Under the pieces are notes generated by a model, which ran no database searches, was not told the origin of the DNA, and was given only the letters and a program-made list of their open reading frames with translations. A stretch of 32,000 nucleotides of DNA from Thermoproteus sp. CP80 (GTDB lineage: Archaea; Thermoproteota; Thermoprotei; Thermoproteales; Thermoproteaceae), in the NCBI RefSeq assembly GCF_002077075.2, contig NZ_LCWM02000015.1:6288-38287 (forward strand), given 5' to 3'. The position numbers and the translations under genes are program-made. Shown piece after piece: positions 26,592 through 32,000 of the stretch. Each line of letters opens with the position of its first letter. Position 1 is the stretch's first letter.

Positions 26592-26805
26592 AATATCTGT
26601 TAAAATTAAAAAAGATAAAATTGTCGAAGAAACCTTTAAATCATTGGAAAAAGAGGTGGTATTCCGTAGAGGAAAGATCAAGGTATTTGTCGAGGGGGAT
26701 TGGCTCGAGGTGGTGGGATATGCGGCGGACGTCGCCAGCGCCAGGAGTCTGGCCAACACGATCCTGAGGGCCCTCTACGTGATCGAGGGCGTGGAGGAGC
26801 TCTAG
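26584..26805 (+). CDS. KEOPS subunit Pcc1-like protein
   Basis: 73 aa. The size, the pattern (...LEVVGYAADVASARSLANTILRALYVIEG) and the position between Brix and prefoldin beta fit Pcc1/COG2892. Confidence 0.6.
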   Translation: MYKISVKIKKDKIVEETFKSLEKEVVFRRGKIKVFVEGDWLEVVGYAADVASARSLANTILRALYVIEGVEEL

Positions 26806-27002
26806 CGGGCGTGATACGGGCGGCGGCCATGCCTACGGCGACCGCGAAAGCCCCGCCCTAGGGCTGTCCCAGATGCCTGGAGGGCCCAATGCGCCCGACC
26901 CCCGCCCTAGGGGGCAGGCCTTCCGTCCTTTGCAGGGAGCCGCATGGGGCCGATAATTGAATGTTATGGGAAAAGTATTAAAGGGGGGCCGACCTCATCC
27001 AT

Positions 27003-27398
27003 ATGGCTCAACTCCCGCCGTCGCTTCAGGACTTGGTGAATAGGCTCCAGCAGGCGCAGAGCCAGCTGCAGAGCGTCTTGCTGAGAAAGCAGAACTACGA
27101 GGCGGAGCTGCGGGACGTGGAGAAGGCTATGGGCGAGATAGAGAAGTTGCCGCAGGACGCCAAGATCTACAAGTCTGTGGGGAACTTCCTGCTTCAGACC
27201 AGCAGGGACGTTGCGCTTCAAGAGCTGAAGGAAAGGAAGGAGCTCCTCGAGCTCCACATAAAGACGCTCTCGAGGCAGGAGTCCATGTTGAGGGAGCAGC
27301 TGGACAAACTGCGGGACGACATTAATAAGGAGCTGGCGCGGATTAGGGGAGGTGGAGAGAAGCAACAAACAGGCGCGGCCGCAAAGGGAGGAGGTTGA
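27003..27398 (+). CDS. pfdB: prefoldin beta subunit
   Basis: 131 aa with two coiled-coil arms around a central beta hairpin (KIYKSVGNFLLQTSRDVA). The TATA-like AAAAGTATTAAAGG lies about 19-32 nt upstream. Confidence 0.88.
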   Translation: MAQLPPSLQDLVNRLQQAQSQLQSVLLRKQNYEAELRDVEKAMGEIEKLPQDAKIYKSVGNFLLQTSRDVALQELKERKELLELHIKTLSRQESMLREQLDKLRDDINKELARIRGGGEKQQTGAAAKGGG

Positions 27399-27690
27399 CG
27401 TAGCCGAGCTCATCTCCGAGGTGGTGTACGAGTACATATCTAGGGAGCTTGGCGAGGACTTTCTGGAGGCCGAGATCGAGGTGGCGTTCGACGGCCGCTC
27501 CGTGGAGGTGTCGGTGGACGCCGGCGCGAGCGCCCTCGTCGAGGAGGAGAGGCTGAGGGAGGTCGTCGATAGGGCAGCGGAGCTCGGAGTAGCGGTCGCG
27601 GATTTAATAAAGGAGGGGAAGATACAGCCCGGCGGAGACAGGAGACATGTACTTAAAGAGGCTCTTAGGCGTATTGGGGGATCGGCGTAG
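27352..27690 (+). CDS. small acidic protein, DUF3194-like (prefoldin-linked)
   Basis: 112 aa, following pfdB as the MTH677/DUF3194 family does in other archaea. The assignment is by context and size. It overlaps both neighbours (47 nt and 44 nt), so the true start may be internal. Confidence 0.45.
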   Translation: MERSNKQARPQREEVDVAELISEVVYEYISRELGEDFLEAEIEVAFDGRSVEVSVDAGASALVEEERLREVVDRAAELGVAVADLIKEGKIQPGGDRRHVLKEALRRIGGSA

Positions 27691-28558
27691 GATCGCCGTA
27701 GTTACCCACAGACATGCGGATCTCGACGCCTTAGGCTGCGCCCTGGTGCTCCGCGACGTCCTGGAGGGCCTGGGCCGCGAGCCCGTCGTGGTGTGTCCCG
27801 ACGGCGTGGCCAAGGACGCGAGGCCCTACGCCAGATGTTCCGAGGAGATGCCGACCGACGCGGAGATGGCGATACTGGTCGACGTGGCCTCTCTGGCGCA
27901 GGTCCCCCCTGTGGACATACCGCTGGCGGTCTTCGACCACCATGCGGTCGGCGACGCGTTGCCCGGCGTAAGGGAGGAGAGGCCCAGCTGTAGCGAGATG
28001 GCGCTGGAGCTGGCGCTGGAGGCCGGCGTGAAGCCGAGGCGGGAGTCGTTAATAGCGGCGGCTCTGGGCATCTACGCGGATACGGCTAGGCTGTCGAGAG
28101 CGGACGGGAGGACTCTGGCCGCCATCTCCGCCGCGATCTCGGAGATAGGCCCGCTTGAGAGGTATATAGCCCAGCAGGAGGAGGATCGGGCCCTCAAGAT
28201 GGCTAAGGCGAAGGCGCTGGCGCGCCTCGCGGTATACGAGACCAAGGTGGGGATAGTCTGCGCCACGCATGTGGACGCCTACGAGTCCGACGTAGCCGCC
28301 ATGCTGGTCTCCGCCGGATGCGACGTGGCCATCGCGGCGTCCCGCCACGGCGGCGAGGTGAGGCTCGTGTATAGATCCCATAGGGTCGACGTCGGCGAGG
28401 TGGCGGCGAGGATGGGCGAGCTTCTGGGAGGGAGCGGGGGAGGCCATAGGGGCGCGTCGGTGACCACCGTCAAGATGAGGGCGACGAAGGCCGATCTGCC
28501 GGCGCTGTTGATGCAGGCGGTCCGCGCCCTGGATCCCGACCCGAGACCGCTCAGGTGA
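27647..28558 (+). CDS. DHH/DHHA1-family phosphoesterase (NrnA-like)
   Basis: Motifs VVTHRHADLDALGCA, VFDHHAV and GGSGGGHRGASV. Confidence 0.85.
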   Translation: MYLKRLLGVLGDRRRIAVVTHRHADLDALGCALVLRDVLEGLGREPVVVCPDGVAKDARPYARCSEEMPTDAEMAILVDVASLAQVPPVDIPLAVFDHHAVGDALPGVREERPSCSEMALELALEAGVKPRRESLIAAALGIYADTARLSRADGRTLAAISAAISEIGPLERYIAQQEEDRALKMAKAKALARLAVYETKVGIVCATHVDAYESDVAAMLVSAGCDVAIAASRHGGEVRLVYRSHRVDVGEVAARMGELLGGSGGGHRGASVTTVKMRATKADLPALLMQAVRALDPDPRPLR

Positions 28559-29090
28559 GCTCTATCCTCAAGATCCTGAGCCCGCACGAGGGGCAGCCCA
28601 TCACGACGTAGCTGACCAGCGACCTATATTTCGCCGAGAAGACCCTCTCGGACGCGTATATCCGCATCCGCGCCTTGGCGCAATTGGGACACAGATCGCC
28701 GTCGCCCAGACCCCGGCCTATCTTAAACGGCCTGAAGGCCATGGCGCGCCCGACGGCCTCCTCCAAGCCCTCCTCGGCGTCCGCCGCGTTGACGCCGATA
28801 AGCTTGACGCCGAGATCTCTCCCGTACCACCTGTTGATCCTGTCGGCGACGCTCTGGAGCTCGTCTATCACGAGGTAGGGCCTGTAGGCCACCACCACAA
28901 GGGCGTCGGAATTGAACAGCTTCAGGTAGTCGGCCAGCTCCAGCGGATCTGCGTCGAATATGTGGCTCTTCTCCGGGCACCAGAACGATACATAGAGGTC
29001 GCCGAGAGCCGCATATACGAGGTCGGACTTGCGCTCCACTATCCTGAACCCCCTGCCGGCCACATACTCCTCTACCTTCTGGCAGCTCAC
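28551..29090 (-). CDS. hypothetical protein: possible endonuclease-like N-terminal domain plus C-terminal Cys4 zinc ribbon
   Basis: 179 aa with C-terminal CPNC...(27 aa)...CPSC. The N-terminus (GRGFRIVERKSDLVYAALGDLYVSFWCPEK) loosely resembles Hjc/PD-(D/E)xK folds, which is weak evidence. GTG start, with GGCTTTAAATCC about 20-30 nt upstream. Confidence 0.5.
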   Translation of the reverse strand: MSCQKVEEYVAGRGFRIVERKSDLVYAALGDLYVSFWCPEKSHIFDADPLELADYLKLFNSDALVVVAYRPYLVIDELQSVADRINRWYGRDLGVKLIGVNAADAEEGLEEAVGRAMAFRPFKIGRGLGDGDLCPNCAKARMRIYASERVFSAKYRSLVSYVVMGCPSCGLRILRIELT

Positions 29091-29120
29091 AAGGCTTTAA
29101 TCCCCTCCGGATTTAAAGCC
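29091..29120. promoter_or_regulatory. 30-bp divergent promoter spacer
   Basis: It contains CTTTAAT (29094-29100) and ATTTAAAG (29111-29118). These lie at TATA-like distances from the ATG at 29121 (plus strand) and the GTG at 29090 (minus strand) respectively. Confidence 0.4.
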
Positions 29121-29285
29121 ATGCGCTGCCCCATGTACAGACCCACCGCCGACGGGCCCCGGTGCATATTGATCCCCCCCGAGGAGTGGCGTATGAGCAG
29201 AGCGCAGCTGGAGAAGTACTGCAACAACGGGGGGTCCGGATGCTCCATATACGCCCGGTATATGTCCGTCAAGGGCAAGTCCTAG
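29121..29285 (+). CDS. 54-aa four-cysteine protein
   Basis: MRCPMYRPTADGPRCILIPPEEWRMSRAQLEKYCNNGGSGCSIYARYMSVKGKS. This is the part of ORF 28962..29285 that does not overlap the antisense gene. Its coding status is not proven. Confidence 0.4.
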   Translation: MRCPMYRPTADGPRCILIPPEEWRMSRAQLEKYCNNGGSGCSIYARYMSVKGKS

Positions 29286-31123
29286 CGCCTCAGTTTTAGG
29301 TAGGCCGTCGAGAAGGCCGCCAGGATCCCCGCGATGGCCGCAACTAGCGCAGGGGATGCGTTGTCCGACCTGCGGGCCGTGGTGGTGGAGGTGGTCAGGC
29401 TGAGGGCGAAGGAGGTCGGGTTGACCGCCGTGGGCAGCGTCAGAGTGAATTCATATCTCACCAGCCCTGTTCCATATATTTTTTTATATGTTTCGGCAAT
29501 AGAACTAAAATATTTATATCTTTCTATTGTCTTTGTAATATTATATCTATAGTTAGATACTATGGAGCTCACCAGGCCGAGGTAGGGGAGCTCTCCCTCC
29601 AACGCCGTGGAGAGGGCCTTGATCTGGCTTGCGCCGTGCCTCAAGGAGTCCGAGGCCGAGATCAGGTAGGACACGCCGTTGTTGATAGGCGCCGTGAGCC
29701 GGCCTATCTGGCTCGCCGCCGCGGATAGATTGCCGGCTATGCCCGCCAGAGACCTAGACGCGTTTATTATTATCGGCGGCACCTCGTTCAACATGGCTGT
29801 GGCGTTCTGCCTGGTGGCCGCCGCCGTTTGGTTCAACACGCCCTCCACCTGGCCCAGCTGGCCGCCGATAGACGCCAGGGTGCCTCTTGTCGCGGAGACT
29901 ATGCCGATAAGGGCGCCCACGGAGGCCTCGGCGGAATTCACCGCGGACCGCAGGCCCTGGATCAGACCTATCGCGTAGTCCAGCTCCCGACTAAGCTCCC
30001 TTGTCGCGTTTTCTACCAACGTATTGTTCGAATTTATCTCATTTATTTTTTGTTTTATATCAATAAGATTCAAATATATTCTATTAATAGAATATTCGGT
30101 GTTTTGTAGATTGGAATAAATAACATATAGATTTCCCTCTATGGAGTCGAGGGCCTGCACGGAGGTCGAGAGGGAGCTCTCGTAGGCTCTTATCGCCATC
30201 GCCTGGGTCTCCAACGCGTTCGAAAGCGTGGTTAGGTACGCATATTCGTACTGCACGAGCAGGAGCGATCTATTTAGGGTGGACGCCACGCCGAGAAGAG
30301 ACGCCGACATGGCGTCCAGTTGCGAGTTGAGGGCCTTTACGGCGTATTGCGATGCGTTCAAGCCTCTGGCCCCTTCCCTAAACGCGGCGGAGCTCAGATT
30401 CAGTACATAGACTAAGTTATTTAGATTATTGGTAACATTATATATTAAATCATTAAATATATTAACAGCATATGTTAAATTATTTAAATAATTATATGTA
30501 TTATTTAATATATTTATTGAGCTGTTGGCCTGCTCTATATATCCGCCGAGATCTATGTCCGATATTATCTCAACGGAGGGGAGATCGACGGCGCCGAAAT
30601 CGCCGAAGTTCGCAACCCTATAGGAGATCGAGAACGCCCTCTCGTTGCTGACCAGGAAGGTCCACTGGTATACGGTCGCGCCCCCTATGTTCTCAACCCC
30701 GGAGGGCGGCGTATCGCTTATTATCTCGACGCCGGACGGCCTCTGAACCAAGACTGTCACAGGTACGCCGAAAGGCATATAGTTTTTTATTATAAAGTTT
30801 ATTTTAATTAATGTATTGTTTGAACAATATAATATATTGTTTATAAATGATGCATTAATATATGTTACATTATAGAAGATAACCAAAGGAGGAGGGTAGG
30901 ATCCATTAACCGAGGCGTAGATGACCGAGGCGCTGAAGGGAGGCACAACGCGGCCCAAGTACTCCATGGGCTTCGAGGAGTTGTTGACGACGAAGTACTG
31001 ATATTGATATGTAGTGGATATAGCGCCGCTATACGCGGCGCTTGTAGATATTATCAAAGTGGGCTCTATGGCCCACGCCACGGAGGCCAGCATGAGCAAC
31101 GGCAGGGCTTTAGCTATCTCCAC
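29282..31123 (-). CDS. large surface-anchored protein (signal peptide, coiled-coil/N-glycosylation-sequon rich, C-terminal TM anchor)
   Basis: 613 aa with an N-terminal hydrophobic signal (LPLLMLASVAWA) and many N-x-S/T sequons. Long Asn/Leu/Ser-rich helical repeats follow, then a C-terminal TM plus basic tail (LVAAIAGILAAFSTAYLKLRR). Its start overlaps the ABC ATPase stop. Confidence 0.7.
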   Translation of the reverse strand: MEIAKALPLLMLASVAWAIEPTLIISTSAAYSGAISTTYQYQYFVVNNSSKPMEYLGRVVPPFSASVIYASVNGSYPPPLVIFYNVTYINASFINNILYCSNNTLIKINFIIKNYMPFGVPVTVLVQRPSGVEIISDTPPSGVENIGGATVYQWTFLVSNERAFSISYRVANFGDFGAVDLPSVEIISDIDLGGYIEQANSSINILNNTYNYLNNLTYAVNIFNDLIYNVTNNLNNLVYVLNLSSAAFREGARGLNASQYAVKALNSQLDAMSASLLGVASTLNRSLLLVQYEYAYLTTLSNALETQAMAIRAYESSLSTSVQALDSIEGNLYVIYSNLQNTEYSINRIYLNLIDIKQKINEINSNNTLVENATRELSRELDYAIGLIQGLRSAVNSAEASVGALIGIVSATRGTLASIGGQLGQVEGVLNQTAAATRQNATAMLNEVPPIIINASRSLAGIAGNLSAAASQIGRLTAPINNGVSYLISASDSLRHGASQIKALSTALEGELPYLGLVSSIVSNYRYNITKTIERYKYFSSIAETYKKIYGTGLVRYEFTLTLPTAVNPTSFALSLTTSTTTARRSDNASPALVAAIAGILAAFSTAYLKLRR

Positions 31124-31878
31124 GTGGAGTCTATTGCTCTTATCTTTTCATATATCTCTTTTGCCCTCTCCAAGTCGATCCTTATCTCGCCTTTGGGGAT
31201 CTCGCCGTCCACCACGTATCCGCCTCTAACCGTGTAGACCTTGTCGGCTATCGCCGCGACGTCGGGATCGTGCGTGGCTATGATGACGGTGGTCCTCCAC
31301 GCCTTGTTTAGGGCCAGGATCAGGCTGAGTATGGCGGAGGCGCTCTCCAGATCGACGTTGGAGGTGGGCTCGTCGAGGATCAAAAGCTCGGGGCTGTTGG
31401 CCAGAGCGCGCGCCAGCGCCGCGCGTTGTTGCATGCCTCCCGACAGCTGGATGGGGTACCTCTCGGCGGAGTCCTCAAGCCCCACCAGCCTCAGCAGAAG
31501 TTTTGCCTTGGCCTTGGCCAGATCTCTCGGCATGCCCGCGGCAAGCATGGGCAACATCACGTTCTGCAGCGCCGTGAGGTACGGAACCAGGTTGTAGGAC
31601 TGGAATAGATAGCCTATCTTTAGGAGCCTGAACCGCTCCAGCCTCCTCTCGTCGAGGTTCGTCACGTCGGTCCCCAGGACCACGACGGTCCCGCTGGTCG
31701 GCCTGTCCAAGGTCGACATTATGTTCAGCAGAGTGGTCTTGCCGGAGCCCGAGGGGCCTATGAGGACCGTCGCCGTGGCGCTCGGTATTTTGAGCGTCAC
31801 GCCCCTCAACGCGTGCACCTCGCCGGCGGCCGTTCTGTATATCTTGTGGACGCCCTCCAGATATACCGCCTCGCTCAT
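31114..31878 (-). CDS. ABC transporter ATP-binding protein (MacB/LolD-type)
   Basis: Walker A GPSGSGKTT, signature LSGGMQQR, Walker B LLILDEPTS and an H-loop in ATHDP. Confidence 0.9.
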   Translation of the reverse strand: MSEAVYLEGVHKIYRTAAGEVHALRGVTLKIPSATATVLIGPSGSGKTTLLNIMSTLDRPTSGTVVVLGTDVTNLDERRLERFRLLKIGYLFQSYNLVPYLTALQNVMLPMLAAGMPRDLAKAKAKLLLRLVGLEDSAERYPIQLSGGMQQRAALARALANSPELLILDEPTSNVDLESASAILSLILALNKAWRTTVIIATHDPDVAAIADKVYTVRGGYVVDGEIPKGEIRIDLERAKEIYEKIRAIDSTWR

Positions 31879-32000
31879 CTCAATATCTCCAGAGGCCTCA
31901 GCGTCACGGCTCTATACACAGGCATGAGGGCGCCCGCCAGAGCCACCAGGAGGGATAGGACGACGCCCAGCGCGAATATGGACGGGATGAACGGTACAGG
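31875..32000 (-). CDS. FtsX-like ABC permease, C-terminal fragment (runs off the window)
   Basis: My translation is ...PVPFIPSIFALGVVLSLLVALAGALMPVYRAVTLRPLEILR*. This is a typical FtsX/MacB last TM helix and tail. There is an ATGA overlap with the ATPase start. Confidence 0.7.
   Translation of the reverse strand, partial: PVPFIPSIFALGVVLSLLVALAGALMPVYRAVTLRPLEILR

Overview
GC-rich crenarchaeal chromosome segment, most likely Thermoproteales (Pyrobaculum/Thermoproteus-like). The lineage call rests on the crenactin/arcadin 'arcade' cluster, Alba, topoisomerase VI A+B and the archaeal proteasome-exosome superoperon (DUF54-like protein, psmA, SBDS, rrp4, rrp41, rrp42, L37Ae, Brix, Pcc1, prefoldin beta, DUF3194-like, DHH phosphoesterase). 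Other content is pyrE-pyrD, a Tes-like radical SAM enzyme, a TrmB regulator, an AbrB-PhoU protein, a ThiR-like regulator and an FtsX/ABC transporter followed by a large sequon-rich surface protein. Most genes look leaderless, with a TATA-like box about 20-30 nt upstream of the start, and several divergent pairs share one short AT-rich promoter. No rRNA, tRNA or CRISPR array was seen. The clearly accessory part is 4.2-6.4 kb. It holds a 79-bp inverted duplicate of an internal pyrD fragment, a tnpB-only IS200/IS605-type gene, and several copies of a ~35-45 bp GC-rich module in both orientations around tnpB. It also holds a perfect 14-bp-stem nested hairpin and a ~330-bp GC-rich, hairpin-dense, ORF-less element. 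A diverged copy of that element lies in opposite orientation directly after the rrp42 stop (24421-24680), next to a secreted spherulin-4/GH135-like gene that interrupts the exosome superoperon. Two hairpins are kept in both copies with different stem sequences. I therefore consider this repeat family the best candidate for something undescribed: a non-autonomous TnpB-associated element, an orphan guide-RNA-like module, or a structured ncRNA. Other points are sharp in-frame AT-rich islands inside many GC-rich genes, extra small genes in the arcade cluster, and conserved GC-rich motifs in spacers of the superoperon. All alignments and structures were made by eye. No database search or folding computation was possible.
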